Below, piece after piece: positions 20,500 through 30,357 of a stretch of 64,000 nt of DNA; positions within the stretch are counted from its first letter, which is position 1, and each line of letters opens with the position of its first letter. The notes under the pieces were generated by a model. That model was not told the origin of the DNA. It did no database searches and was given only the letters and a program-made list of their open reading frames with translations. A program made the translations under genes and the position numbers. This DNA is from an uncultured Actinomycetota bacterium (GTDB taxonomy: Bacteria > Actinomycetota > Actinomycetes > JAFAQI01 > DASSKL01). The stretch covers positions 202,151 to 266,150 of the forward strand of contig CAVSIP010000005.1 in the NCBI GenBank assembly GCA_963728075.1, written 5' to 3'.

Positions 20500-21174
20500 C
20501 TACGCGCAGTCGTCAGCCTGCCGCCGGCTCACCTGCGCCCGCCACCGCGGCGGACCGATCTCGTCGTGGACCCACACGTAGCCGTCGTGGTCACGGGCGA
20601 ACTGCCGCTGCCACAAGGGATGCAGGTCACGGCTCGACTCGAGGTGGACGACCTCACCGGGGCGCAGCCAGGTGAGCCGTTGCAGGACGAGCCGGTCACG
20701 GTGCTCCGCGGGAAGCGCGTCGAGGGCAATCGGGTCGGTCAGCAGCAGCGGCAGCGCCCATTCCGGTACGACCGGCCCCGACCGAGCGCCGGCGGGCTCG
20801 GCGACCCACACCTGCTCCCGATGGACGTGCCGGTCGAGCCGGTGCACCAGCGCCTGCGTGGCGAGCGTGAGCAGCTGACGGGTTCGACTGGTCTCGAGGG
20901 TGTCGACGTCGTCGCGCAGCCGGTCGTGGTCGGCGATCAGCAGCCAGCGCATGTGCTCGTCACGCAGCCGCTCCGGCGGCAGCTGCCGCTCCTCCTCACC
21001 GAGATAGGGCAGCAGCCGGTAGTGCAGGAACTCGAGCATCGCGTCGTGGGCCTGGACCAGACGGCGGCCCTCGCGGACGGCGTCCGTGAGGTCATCGGCA
21101 TAGGCGCAGGTCTGCCAGAGCAGGACGCTGTGGTCGTCGGAGAGGGCCGGCTCGGGAGCGAGGGTCGTCGTCAT
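20500..21174 (-). CDS. hemerythrin-like / DUF2249 fusion protein
   Basis: The His-rich N-terminal half (HDAMLEFLHYRLL..EEE..DEHMRWLLIADHDRL..HRLDRHVHRE) is hemerythrin-like. The C-terminus LDALPAEHRDRLVLQRLTWLRPGEVVHLESSRDLHPLWQRQFARDHDGYVWVHDEIGPPRWRAQVSRR fits the DUF2249 pattern. Confidence 0.7.
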   Translation of the reverse strand: MTTTLAPEPALSDDHSVLLWQTCAYADDLTDAVREGRRLVQAHDAMLEFLHYRLLPYLGEEERQLPPERLRDEHMRWLLIADHDRLRDDVDTLETSRTRQLLTLATQALVHRLDRHVHREQVWVAEPAGARSGPVVPEWALPLLLTDPIALDALPAEHRDRLVLQRLTWLRPGEVVHLESSRDLHPLWQRQFARDHDGYVWVHDEIGPPRWRAQVSRRQADDCA

Positions 21175-21180
21175 CGCATC

Positions 21181-21750
21181 TCACGCTGCCCGCGTCAGGC
21201 CGGACGTACGGGCGGCGGCAACCGGGTCGCTGGTAGCGGCCTGGCTCACGGCGTCGATCGTTGCCGTCAGGTCGATACCGATGGACTGCGCGACGGCGGC
21301 GCCTGCGAAACCGAGCCCCGCGACGTGCGGCCCGGAGGCGGCGTAGTTGGCGATCTGCACCGCCACAGGGACGTGTACGCCGAGGTCGTCGAGCGTCGTG
21401 CGGCGCAGCCAGATGTCGATCTCTGCGAGCCGGACCAGCTCGACGGACCAGTGGTGGACGGCCGCCGGCACCGTACGGTCGGCCCGGCCACGGCGCAGCT
21501 GGTGCCGCGGTCGGTGTGCGGTGGTGGCGCCCACCGCCTCCAGCGCTCGGGTGGCGGTCGCCGTGGCCTCGCGGAGCGCGACGGCGAGGTCGCGGGCGGC
21601 GTCGCGGGCCTGTGCCGGCGGGTGCGGCGCCACCGCAGCGGCGTGCACCCGCTGGTACGCGCTGTCGACGCGAGCGCGCTGAGGCCGGTAGGCGGCCTCG
21701 ACCGCGGCGGGCACCGACACGTCGGCAGTTCGGGTGCGCATGGGGCTCAT
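21181..21750 (-). CDS. hypothetical protein
   Basis: ATG 21750 follows GGGAG. 189 aa with good GC3 bias. The longer track ORF (to 22038) overlaps the next gene. No family recognised. Confidence 0.5.
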   Translation of the reverse strand: MSPMRTRTADVSVPAAVEAAYRPQRARVDSAYQRVHAAAVAPHPPAQARDAARDLAVALREATATATRALEAVGATTAHRPRHQLRRGRADRTVPAAVHHWSVELVRLAEIDIWLRRTTLDDLGVHVPVAVQIANYAASGPHVAGLGFAGAAVAQSIGIDLTATIDAVSQAATSDPVAAARTSGLTRAA

Positions 21751-21802
21751 CTCCCTGTCACAGCCGCCAGTGCTGCGTTCTCTTTGTTCACTGACTGATT
21801 CG

Positions 21803-21831
21803 TTTATACAGGGAGACTGGAAGAAACACAA
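21803..21831 (-). promoter_or_regulatory. sigma-70-like promoter candidate (TTGTGT-17 nt-TATAAA) in an AT-rich gap
   Basis: Minus strand reads TTGTGTttcttccagtctccctgTATAAA, about 55 nt upstream of ATG 21750. This is the most AT-rich spot in the region. Confidence 0.4.
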
Positions 21832-21866
21832 GGTCGCGGGTTGCGGGCCGCCAGGGGCGAGCGGTG

Positions 21867-22211
21867 TCAGCCGCCCGCCGACGGCCCGTCGCCGAGCGCC
21901 TCCAGCGCGATCGCAGCATGCGCGTAGGCGCCGCCGGCACGCATCTCCGCGGCCACCCAGATCGCCTCCATGATCTGCTCGTCGCTGGCGCCCTTGCGCC
22001 GCGCGAGCTTGGTGTGGCCGCGGATGCAGTACGGGCACTGCGTGGTGTGCGCAACGGCGACCGCGATCAGCTGCTTGGTGACCTCCGGCAGCGCGCCCTC
22101 GGCGAAGACCTGCTCGCTGAACGCCGTGAACGCGTCGTGGGTCTCCGGCGCGAGCGCCTTGCGGTGGGCACTCATCGCAGCGGTTGCCGGCGGGAACACG
22201 TCATGAGCCAT
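21867..22211 (-). CDS. carboxymuconolactone decarboxylase / AhpD-like protein
   Basis: VAVAHTTQCPYCIRGHT CxxC motif typical of the CMD/AhpD family. Confidence 0.85.
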   Translation of the reverse strand: MAHDVFPPATAAMSAHRKALAPETHDAFTAFSEQVFAEGALPEVTKQLIAVAVAHTTQCPYCIRGHTKLARRKGASDEQIMEAIWVAAEMRAGGAYAHAAIALEALGDGPSAGG

Positions 22212-22632
22212 GTCGGCATACTTGTCCTGTAATGCAACCGGTGTCCAACTCGGAGGCGAGGCGTTGGGCGCGATCCGGCTCCACCGTGTCTACGACCACG
22301 AACGGCCCGTACGCGGTAAGGCGTTCCTCGTCGAACGGCTGTGGCCCCGCGGCGCCCGCCGCGACGAGCTCAGCCTCGACGGGTGGTGCAAGGACGCCGC
22401 ACCGAGCACCGAGCTGCGCCGGTGGTTCGCCCACGACCCGCAGAAGTGGACGGAGTTCCGCCGCCGGTACACCGCCGAGCTGGACGCCAACCCCGACGGC
22501 TGGCAGCCGCTGGTGGATGCCGCCACCACGGGGGACATCACCCTCGTGTACAGCTCACGTGACCGCGAGCACAACAACGCCGTCGTGCTGCGCGACTACC
22601 TGCTCACCCATCTGCCCGGAGGCCGACCATGA
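22210..22632 (+). CDS. DUF488 family protein
   Basis: FLVERLWPRG...LDGWCKDAAPSTELRRWFAHDPQKWTEFRRRYTAELDANP...ITLVYSSRDREHNNAVVLRDYL is the DUF488 signature. The true start may be internal. Confidence 0.8.
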   Translation: MSAYLSCNATGVQLGGEALGAIRLHRVYDHERPVRGKAFLVERLWPRGARRDELSLDGWCKDAAPSTELRRWFAHDPQKWTEFRRRYTAELDANPDGWQPLVDAATTGDITLVYSSRDREHNNAVVLRDYLLTHLPGGRP

Positions 22633-22964
22633 ACAAGATCTCCCTCGACGCCCTCGCTCGCGAGCAGCTGGAAAGGGCACGTGCCGCCGACGCGGGGCGT
22701 AGCGCCGAGACCGTGTACGGCGGGCACGAGCGGACGCTGCGCCAGACGCTGATCGCGATCACGGCCGGAACGGAGCTGGCAGACCACGAGAACCCGGGTG
22801 AGGCCACCGCACACGTGCTGAGCGGCCGGATCAGCATCGGTACCGACAGCGACGCGTGGGAGGGCCGCGACGGAGACCTCGTCGTCATCCCTCCGGCGCG
22901 GCACCACCTGCGCGCCATCGAGGACTCCGTCGTCCTGCTGACGGTGGCGAAGCGGGCCGGCTAG
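22629..22964 (+). CDS. cupin domain protein
   Basis: 111 aa; HENPGEATAHVLSGRI...GDLVVIPPARHHL is cupin-like. ATG overlaps the previous stop (ATGA). Confidence 0.7.
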   Translation: MNKISLDALAREQLERARAADAGRSAETVYGGHERTLRQTLIAITAGTELADHENPGEATAHVLSGRISIGTDSDAWEGRDGDLVVIPPARHHLRAIEDSVVLLTVAKRAG

Positions 22965-24118
22965 GACCCGCCCTCGCCCCGCCGACCCGTGGCCCAGCTG
23001 CCGGTGATGTACCAGCCGTCGCCACCGAGTGGCAGCCCGCCGGTCATGCGGGGCAGGTACTGGTCGAAGAACAGCCGGGAGGTCAGCCCGGCGCGGCTGC
23101 GCACGTCCAGCTTGGCGAAGACGGCCTTGAGGTGGTCGCCGACGGTGTGGACGGACACGTGCAGAGTCGCGGCGATCTCCCGGTTGGAGTAACCGGCGAC
23201 CACGAGCCGGGCCACCTGGCGTTCCCGGGCGGACAACCCGTACGCGGCCGCGATGACCTCGGCCAGCTCGTGCGGACGCGTGGGCTCCACCACCAGTGAC
23301 AGCCGCCGGACACGGTCCCCGTCCCCGGCCGGGATGGTCTCGGCGTGCAGGGTGATCCACTGCCCGGAGCGCCCGCGCACCCGGGCGCGCGCGGCCCCAC
23401 CGGGATCCCGGATGGCCTGCTCGGCGAGGGTGGCGACGACCAGGGGCAGGCCGGACGGGCTCAGCCGGCCGTCTTGCACGTCGGCCAGCCAGCGGCGCGC
23501 AGCGGCCGAGGCTGTCTCCACCGCAAGGTGCGCGCCGGCCACCTCGAGCACGGCCATCCCCGGACCGTCGGACAGGTCCCGGTGGGCGGCCTCGGACACG
23601 AGCATGCTGCGGCGCAGCCCCGGCGCCATCTGCTTGCAGGCCCGGGCGAGCAGGCGGCAGTCCGCGTCGCTGAAGTCGGCGTCACCGGCCGGGCGGAAGA
23701 AGGCGAAGGCACCCCAGACGCCGCTCGAGGAGTCGCGGATGACCGCCCGGACCTCCGGGCCGCATCCGGACGGGGTGAGGATGTCGCGGAAGCGCGCGCT
23801 CCGGGTCGGGACCCCGGCCGTGGCCCGCTCCAACGTGGACACACCCGCGGGCAGGCGGGCCAGTTGGGCGAAGCCGTTGACGTCGCCTTCGCCGTACTCG
23901 ATCTCGACGAACCGGGCCAGGTACTCGGCCGGGCACCCCTCGTCGTGGTAGCCGCCGGTGTTGACCAGGGTGGCCGGGTCCAGCAGCAGCCCGCACCACA
24001 GGTCGAAGTGCAGCCGGCCCGCCAGCACCGATGCCACCTCTCGCATGAGCCCGATCGAGTCGGTGGCACTGCGGGAGAGCCGGTCGACCTTGTCGACGAC
24101 CGCGTCCGGTGACCTCAC
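22961..24118 (-). CDS. LuxR-family transcriptional regulator with N-terminal sensor (GAF-like) region
   Basis: C-terminal HTH LSARERQVARLVVAGYSNREIAATLHVSVHTVGDHLKAVFAKLDVRSR. The start is tentatively GTG 24118; the track ORF extends to 24418. Confidence 0.8.
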   Translation of the reverse strand: MRSPDAVVDKVDRLSRSATDSIGLMREVASVLAGRLHFDLWCGLLLDPATLVNTGGYHDEGCPAEYLARFVEIEYGEGDVNGFAQLARLPAGVSTLERATAGVPTRSARFRDILTPSGCGPEVRAVIRDSSSGVWGAFAFFRPAGDADFSDADCRLLARACKQMAPGLRRSMLVSEAAHRDLSDGPGMAVLEVAGAHLAVETASAAARRWLADVQDGRLSPSGLPLVVATLAEQAIRDPGGAARARVRGRSGQWITLHAETIPAGDGDRVRRLSLVVEPTRPHELAEVIAAAYGLSARERQVARLVVAGYSNREIAATLHVSVHTVGDHLKAVFAKLDVRSRAGLTSRLFFDQYLPRMTGGLPLGGDGWYITGSWATGRRGEGGS

Positions 24119-24232
24119 CCGCGCAGTGTCCCGCACCCCGCTGGGAACCGGAATCCCACGAATACGGGATGGCCCGCCGGCATCACCGGGTCGACGATCC
24201 CTGGCACCAGCCCCGAGGAAGGGAACCCAGGG

Positions 24233-24733
24233 ATGACCGAGACCGCGTCTCCGCTGCACACCAGCCCGTTCGTCACCGGCCCGGACGAGGGACAGTCCGT
24301 CTGGTACCTCGACGTCCTGTGCCAGACCAAGGCACCGGCCGCGACCACCGGCGGGCAGCTGTCGGTCAGCGAGCAGCTCCTTCCCCAGGGCTCGTCGCCA
24401 CCGCTGCACGTCCACCACCGCGAGGACGAGTCCTTCTACATCCTCGACGGAGAGCTCACCTGCGCCGCCGGCGAGCAGAGGTTCTCGGCGACGGCCGGGT
24501 CACTCGTGTGGCTGCCCCGGGACATTCCACACGGCTTCCGGGTCGAGTCCCCCACCGCTCGGATCCTGACCCTGTGCGTCCCTGGCGGGTTCGAGGACTT
24601 CTTCGCCGCCATCGGCCGGCCCGCACCCCAGCTGACGCTGCCCCCCGCCCCGGACGCACCGCCCGACATGGCAGCCATGACGAGGCACGCGGCCGCGTTC
24701 GGCGTCGAGATCGTCGGACCACCGATCGACTGA
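24233..24733 (+). CDS. cupin domain protein
   Basis: PPLHVHHREDESFYILDGELT...WLPRDIPHGF cupin motifs. Confidence 0.75.
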   Translation: MTETASPLHTSPFVTGPDEGQSVWYLDVLCQTKAPAATTGGQLSVSEQLLPQGSSPPLHVHHREDESFYILDGELTCAAGEQRFSATAGSLVWLPRDIPHGFRVESPTARILTLCVPGGFEDFFAAIGRPAPQLTLPPAPDAPPDMAAMTRHAAAFGVEIVGPPID

Positions 24734-24746
24734 GGGAGCGGACCGG

Positions 24747-25304
24747 TCACGAGGTACGGCCGAGGTAGGCGAGCAGACGCGCCGCTGCCGGCGCGTCGCT
24801 GGAGGTCGTGACGGCCGGGCCGAACGCGCCACGAGCGCGTGCCTCGTCGAGGGGCACTGCTGCCCAGAAGCCGTCGAGAACCGATGCGACGGTCGCGTCG
24901 ATCGTCCAGCCCTGGCCGGTGGCCCGGGCGAGGTCCCAGGCGTGTACGACCACCTCGGTCAGGTTGACCAGCAGCGCGGCCGCGGCGGGGAACGTGCCGA
25001 ACGGGTACGTCCGCTGACCGTCGAGCCCCCCGGGGTTCCGCCACGACGCCACGTTGTCGGCCGCGATCGTGGTCACGGCACCGACCGGGTTGTCACCGAG
25101 CAGGTCGCCGGCGTCGGGCCCGGCGGCGTGACCGGCGTTGACCAGGGTGAACATCCGGGCCGCACCGAGGACGTGGTTGAGCAGCGCACGCACGTCCCAG
25201 CCCGGGCAGGGCGTCGCGGCGGACAGCGCCGGCGGGCTCAGCTCGGTGACGAGCTTGCCGAGGTGTACGTAGGCGTGGTCCAACTGGTCGACGGGATCCA
25301 TCAC
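24747..25304 (-). CDS. DinB-like / mycothiol maleylpyruvate isomerase N-terminal domain protein
   Basis: TPCPGWDVRALLNHVLGAARMF ... VVHAWDLARATG resembles the actinobacterial DinB/MDMPI family. Confidence 0.72.
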   Translation of the reverse strand: MMDPVDQLDHAYVHLGKLVTELSPPALSAATPCPGWDVRALLNHVLGAARMFTLVNAGHAAGPDAGDLLGDNPVGAVTTIAADNVASWRNPGGLDGQRTYPFGTFPAAAALLVNLTEVVVHAWDLARATGQGWTIDATVASVLDGFWAAVPLDEARARGAFGPAVTTSSDAPAAARLLAYLGRTS

Positions 25305-25343
25305 GTTCTCCTTCGTAGGCGTGGACGAGTCGTTCGGCGCCGG

Positions 25344-26303
25344 TCAGCGCCAGTCGTCGATGACCCAGCTGCCCGGGCGGCTGTAGCCGCCGTCGTCACC
25401 GCGGTGCATGCAGACGCCGACCATCACGGCGCGGTAGCCACGCGCGGCGACGGCGGCGTACGCCTCCAGGCGGGCGGTACTCACGCCGAGCTCCACGTGG
25501 TCTGCGCCGTTGTCGAGCGCGAGTGCCTCGCAGGCGTCCAGCAGGGCCTCGAACCGGGCAGCGGCTCCGGCGCCCGGGCGGACGGCGCCGAACTTGACGT
25601 AACAACCGGACGTTCCGGCCTCCGTGCCAGGGCCGAGGTGGCAGACGGCCATTCCGGCCAATCCGCCGGTGTCACCCAGCAGGACGACGTCACCGAGCTG
25701 CTGCGCTTCCACCGCACGGATCTCCCGGGTGAGGTCCAGCCCGTCGTACACCCCGGCGGTCAGCTCCAGGCACGCGTCGACGGCATGTGCTCGGCCGGCC
25801 GGGTCGAGCCGGCTGTAGCGGTCGAACTCGACCGCGGCCGCCGAGCTGACCGGCCGAACCATCACCGGAGTGAGGAAGCGCGGCCGGAAGCCGTACTTGC
25901 CGTACAGGCCGAGGTGCTTGGCGCTGTGCGGAAACGTGAACAGCCCCGCGTGCTGCACCTGGTAGACGTCGAAGAGCTCCAGCGTGGGCTGCATCAGCCG
26001 GCTGGCCAGGTGCCGGTCCCACAACCGGGGGCGAACCGACAGCGGGCCGAAGAACCCGACCGATCCCCACGTGGTGACGAAGTTCGACCCGGCGAGCTGC
26101 CCGGCCTGGTCGACCGCCAGGGCGGCACGCGGATCGGCACGCCAGCGGGTGCGGGCATAGTCCTTCGCACCGAACAGGTCGGGCACACCGAGGAACGTGT
26201 TGAACGCCGCCCGCAGGATCCGGTCGGCTTCGGGTAGGTCGCTCTCCTGCAGCGGCCGGACGGTCACGTCCGCCGCTGCCGGCGCAAGGAACGTGTCGGT
26301 CAT
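25344..26303 (-). CDS. GNAT family N-acetyltransferase
   Basis: VRPLQESDLPEADRIL...GFFGPLSVRPRLWDRHLASRLMQ...HSAKHLGLYGKYGFRP. The start is set at ATG 26303 (MTDTF). Confidence 0.72.
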   Translation of the reverse strand: MTDTFLAPAAADVTVRPLQESDLPEADRILRAAFNTFLGVPDLFGAKDYARTRWRADPRAALAVDQAGQLAGSNFVTTWGSVGFFGPLSVRPRLWDRHLASRLMQPTLELFDVYQVQHAGLFTFPHSAKHLGLYGKYGFRPRFLTPVMVRPVSSAAAVEFDRYSRLDPAGRAHAVDACLELTAGVYDGLDLTREIRAVEAQQLGDVVLLGDTGGLAGMAVCHLGPGTEAGTSGCYVKFGAVRPGAGAAARFEALLDACEALALDNGADHVELGVSTARLEAYAAVAARGYRAVMVGVCMHRGDDGGYSRPGSWVIDDWR

Positions 26304-26381
26304 GGAGGAGCCTTCCGTCGACGGCAACGGAGCCAGCATCAGCCGCCGTGGCACCCGCCGACATCGGGCGAGCCCCCATGT

Positions 26382-29237
26382 TTAGCGACCCCCGGACCAC
26401 ATCTCCTGGTCCCCGCGCGAGATCCGGCTCGCAGCGAAGGCGATGAGCTCGGCCCGGCCGCGCACCCCGACCTTCGCAGCCAGGTTTGCGACGTGGCGCT
26501 CGACCGTCTTCGGAGACAGGAACAGCCGGGCGGCGATGTCCCGGGTCGGCAGCGCCTGCCCCAGCAGCACGATCACCTCGGTCTCGCGGGGGGTGAGGCC
26601 CAGACCTTCGAAACCTGCTGGTACGCGAGCCGCTGCGCGCCGCTGCCGCGGGACGGGAGCGCCGGCCCCGCGCAGCAGTGCGCGGCACGCGGACGCGACC
26701 CGCGCGTCGCCGCTGCGGTCGAAGAAGTCGAGGGCTCCGGTGAGCCATTCGACCGGGTCCCCCCACCCGTCGGCAAGCGCGGCCTCCGCCACCAGTCGCC
26801 GCGCGTACTCCTGGTACCAACGGCAACGGCCCAGCACCTGGTCAGCTTTGGCGAACGCCGCCGCGGCGTCTGCGGTGCGACCGGCCCGGCCCAGCAGAAC
26901 TGCCCGGGCATGGACCACCCAGCCGTGCACCAGCCAGTACACGGTGAGACCGGACGCCTCCACCTCCGCGACCGCTGCCGCACCGTCCTTGTTCTCCATC
27001 ACCCGGATGAGCGCCCACATGCCGCGGAACGGCGCCGTGACCGGTGTGCGGCGCAGGAGGTCCATCCCCGCGTCGAGATCGGCCAGTGCACGCGCGCGGT
27101 TCTCACGGACGAGCCAGTAGGCCGCCCGGACCTGCAGCGCGGCGACCCCGCGGACTTCCGGGTCTTCACCGGCCAGGCGGAGAGCCGTGGCCAGCGCCAC
27201 GTCCATCGCGGTGCGCCGTCCGGCCAAGGCGTGTGCCCCCGCCTCGAGGACCGCCCCCAGTGCCTCGAGCGTCGGCAGCCGCAGCCGGTGTGCCTCGGCG
27301 GCGAACTCCCGCGCAGCGCGTACGGTCTCGTCGACCTCCGCGTGGTTGAGACGCCAGGCCGCCATCTGCAGGCCCACGGTGGCCGCGGCGCCCATGGCGC
27401 CCGCCGAGAGCGCGGCCGCGCGGGCTGCGGCCAGCCGGTCGATCGGGCCGCCGGCGAGCAGGTCGATGGTGCCGAGCTCATGCATCGCCCGCACCCGCCA
27501 CACCGGCGACGCGGCGCGCTCCGCGATCGCCAGGGACGCGCTGAACGCCTGCTCGGCAGCGACCAGGTCGCGCACCCGCTCCCGGCGGCCGATGACCTCC
27601 AGCGCCTCGCAGGCCAGCGCCCACCGGCCGTGCTGTTCCGCCGCCGACAGCGCGGACCGGGCCAGCCGTACCGCTGCCTCGAGGTCGCCGAGTCCCAGCG
27701 CGACCTGCGCGGCCAGGACGTCGTCCTCGCCGTCGGCGGCCGTGTCATCCGCCGCCGCATCCAGATGCTCCCGGGCTGCGCGCCAGTCAGCCGCGGCCAC
27801 AGCGGCGCGGGCGAGCCGCCGGTGGACTGCAGCCGTACGGGTGCGCGTCGCATCAGCGGCCGTGAGCTCGCCGAGCAGCCGGTCTCCCACCTCCGCCAGC
27901 GTCGCGTTGTCGCCGGCCAACGCCAGCACCGTGCACAAGGCGTCATCGGCCTCTAGGGCAACCGTCGGGTCGTCGGCACCGAGCTGCCGGGCCCGGTCGA
28001 GGAAGCCGCGCGCGGTGACCAGCGCGCCACGACCGAGCGCTCGGCGCCCGGCCTCCAGGAACAGCGCCGCGGCTCGGTCATCCATCCCGGCTCGATCGGC
28101 AAGATCTGCCGCGAGCTCGCACCAGTGTCCCGGTAGCCCTGGGTGCGCCGCCTCGACGGCCGGCAGCGCCACCGCAGCCAGCGCGACATGCTCCCCGGGC
28201 AGCAGATCGGCCAGGACCGTCGCGCGCGTGAGCGCATGTCGGAACCGGCAGCCGCCAGCAGAGTCGAGCTCGATCAGCCGATGTTCTCTCGCGGCACGTA
28301 GGCGCCTCGCGACCTCGGCGCTGGAGAGCCCGGTCATCACCGGCAGGAGGTCCTCGTCGAAGTCGCGCCCGAGGACCGCAGCGGCGCGCAGTACCTCGGC
28401 CACACCCGGCGCCGCCCGCAGTCGGCGGCGCGCCATCTCCGCGAAGGTCTCCGGAACGGGCGTCCGCTGTGGCACGGCCGTCTCGGCGGCAAGCAGCAGC
28501 TCCTCGACGAGAAACGGCAGGCCGTCGGCACCCGACAGCACCAGGTCCCGCAACGGTGCTGGAACCGCGTCCTCCTGCAGGCAGGCCGCTGCCATGTCCT
28601 GCACGCCGGCCGGGTCGAGCCGACGGAGCTCGACGCGGGAGACCGATCGCCGGGCCACGAGCGCGCGCACCCGGCGGACCGGCTCGCCGATCTCGTCATC
28701 GCGGACCGTGGCCACCAGCAGCAATCGCTGGTCGCTGACGTTGTCGGCCAGGTACTCGACCACCGCCATCGTCTCCCGGTCAGCCCAGTGCAGGTCCTCC
28801 AGCGCGAGCAGGCAGGCTCCTGGGCCGGCAACACTCGCCAATAGACGCAGCACCGCCTCGCCCACGACGACCGAGGTGTCACCGGCAGGTACCTCGGTCG
28901 CCCACCCCGGTAGGAGCAGGCCCAGTGCCGACCGGAACGGATCGCCACCCGGCCCGAGAGGTGAGTCGACCCGGCGCAGCTGTGACAGCAGGGCCTCGGA
29001 CAATGGGCGGTACGGCGACGCCGACGACTCGACCGCACGGCCGAACAGCACCGGGACACCACGGCCGGCGGCCCTCCCCACGAGCTCCCGCAACAGCCGC
29101 GACTTGCCTACCCCGGCCTCACCGCTGATGGCCACCGCGCGGCCGTGACCGCGCGAGGCGTCGTCCAGCGCCTGCACGAGCCCTCGGAGCTGTTCGTCAC
29201 GGCCCACCAACCGTGGGCACGGAACGGCCACCACCAC
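26382..29237 (-). CDS. large ATP-binding LuxR-family (LAL/MalT-like) regulator
   Basis: 951 aa. N-terminal P-loop LVGRDEQL...AISGEAGVGKSRLLREL, a long Ala/Leu-rich TPR-like middle and a C-terminal LuxR HTH LTPRETEVIVLLGQALPTRDIAARLFLSPKTVERHVANLAAKVGV. Confidence 0.87.
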   Translation of the reverse strand: MVVAVPCPRLVGRDEQLRGLVQALDDASRGHGRAVAISGEAGVGKSRLLRELVGRAAGRGVPVLFGRAVESSASPYRPLSEALLSQLRRVDSPLGPGGDPFRSALGLLLPGWATEVPAGDTSVVVGEAVLRLLASVAGPGACLLALEDLHWADRETMAVVEYLADNVSDQRLLLVATVRDDEIGEPVRRVRALVARRSVSRVELRRLDPAGVQDMAAACLQEDAVPAPLRDLVLSGADGLPFLVEELLLAAETAVPQRTPVPETFAEMARRRLRAAPGVAEVLRAAAVLGRDFDEDLLPVMTGLSSAEVARRLRAAREHRLIELDSAGGCRFRHALTRATVLADLLPGEHVALAAVALPAVEAAHPGLPGHWCELAADLADRAGMDDRAAALFLEAGRRALGRGALVTARGFLDRARQLGADDPTVALEADDALCTVLALAGDNATLAEVGDRLLGELTAADATRTRTAAVHRRLARAAVAAADWRAAREHLDAAADDTAADGEDDVLAAQVALGLGDLEAAVRLARSALSAAEQHGRWALACEALEVIGRRERVRDLVAAEQAFSASLAIAERAASPVWRVRAMHELGTIDLLAGGPIDRLAAARAAALSAGAMGAAATVGLQMAAWRLNHAEVDETVRAAREFAAEAHRLRLPTLEALGAVLEAGAHALAGRRTAMDVALATALRLAGEDPEVRGVAALQVRAAYWLVRENRARALADLDAGMDLLRRTPVTAPFRGMWALIRVMENKDGAAAVAEVEASGLTVYWLVHGWVVHARAVLLGRAGRTADAAAAFAKADQVLGRCRWYQEYARRLVAEAALADGWGDPVEWLTGALDFFDRSGDARVASACRALLRGAGAPVPRQRRAAARVPAGFEGLGLTPRETEVIVLLGQALPTRDIAARLFLSPKTVERHVANLAAKVGVRGRAELIAFAASRISRGDQEMWSGGR

Positions 29238-30178
29238 GGCAGCATGACATCGGAGCCATGGATCCAGTCAGTCTCGACGGGCGACGACGCGGGTGACGTC
29301 ATCGCTGGCGATGTCCGCGACCGGAGAGTGGTCAACCCCTCTGCACCTCGCTCCAGCGCTGCGCCGGCGTCCGTCGCGATGCCGTCGGTCGAGACGTCCT
29401 GCGGGCCGGTGTCACGGCGACAGCGCGGGAAGAACCGCGGAGTCTCGACGGCATAGGCGGCGTACTCAGGATGGGCTCCGGCCAGGTCGCGCTCTTCGAG
29501 TCGGACCGCCAGGACGATGTAGCCACAGCCGAGCAGCGCGAACAACAGGTGACCGCCGGTCATCACCGGCGTCGCCAGAAACGCCGGGAAGAAGCCGACC
29601 ATCATCGGGTGGCGAACCAGCCGGTAGGGCAGCGGGTTGCGGAACGGAGGCTGTGACGGCGACTGCCCGCGCACGAACCGGTGCACCTGGCGCAGCCCGA
29701 GAAAGTCCAGGTGGTCGATCGCGAAGGTCATCGCGACGACGAGCAGCCAGCCCCCGCCGTACAGCGCCCAGAGCACCCCACGCGCAGCCGGTGCATGCAC
29801 CGCCCACACGATGCCCGGTACGGGGCGCCACTGCCAGAACGTCAACGCCAGCACGGCGCTGGCAGCGAACACGAAGGCGGCCCGGAGCAGATGCGCCGGC
29901 AGGTACGACGTAAGTGCGCGCTTGACCGCCGGCCGGGCCATCACACTGTGCTGAGCAGCGAACAACGTCAGCAGGAGGACGTCGACCACGACCGCCGCTG
30001 CTGTACCCGAGGACGGGCCGCCGCCGTCGACTGTCCGGGGGACGACGACGCCGGCGACGAATGCGACGGCGTACAGGGAAACCGCGAGAAAGGCGACGTA
30101 GGCGACACTCGCGAAGACGACCGACAGAGCCGCCGTCGTCGTCGAGGTACGGGATGTGCCGGTCGTCGTGGTGGTCAT
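29108..30178 (-). CDS. membrane methyltransferase (ICMT / MddA-like family) with unusual about 100-aa C-terminal tail
   Basis: Multi-TM; PYRLVRHPMMVGFFPAFLATPVMTGGHLLFAL...RLEERDL...YAAYAVETPRF is typical of the family. The ORF only stops at 29108, overlapping the next gene by 130 nt. Confidence 0.68.
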   Translation of the reverse strand: MTTTTTGTSRTSTTTAALSVVFASVAYVAFLAVSLYAVAFVAGVVVPRTVDGGGPSSGTAAAVVVDVLLLTLFAAQHSVMARPAVKRALTSYLPAHLLRAAFVFAASAVLALTFWQWRPVPGIVWAVHAPAARGVLWALYGGGWLLVVAMTFAIDHLDFLGLRQVHRFVRGQSPSQPPFRNPLPYRLVRHPMMVGFFPAFLATPVMTGGHLLFALLGCGYIVLAVRLEERDLAGAHPEYAAYAVETPRFFPRCRRDTGPQDVSTDGIATDAGAALERGAEGLTTLRSRTSPAMTSPASSPVETDWIHGSDVMLPWWWPFRAHGWWAVTNSSEGSCRRWTTPRAVTAARWPSAVRPG

Positions 30179-30357
30179 GCTCGTCCTTCCGGTCTGCCGC
30201 GGTCGCTGGGCATGTCGTCATGGTCACGCGTGCCGGTCCCGTCGGTCAGGCGGGGAAATACCTCACTCGGGGCCCGCCGTGCCCGACCGCCGGGTGTGGC
30301 GCCGACCGCAGAAATGCAGGAGGCTGCCGGGAGGACAGGCAACGGCGAAGGAGGCGC

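Noticed and set aside
19800-20500. Search for an attR copy of the tRNA-Arg 3' end (GGTTCGAATCCTGCCGGGGGCA)
   Set aside because: I could not find a convincing direct repeat by eye, so the island boundary remains approximate. This needs a computational repeat search.
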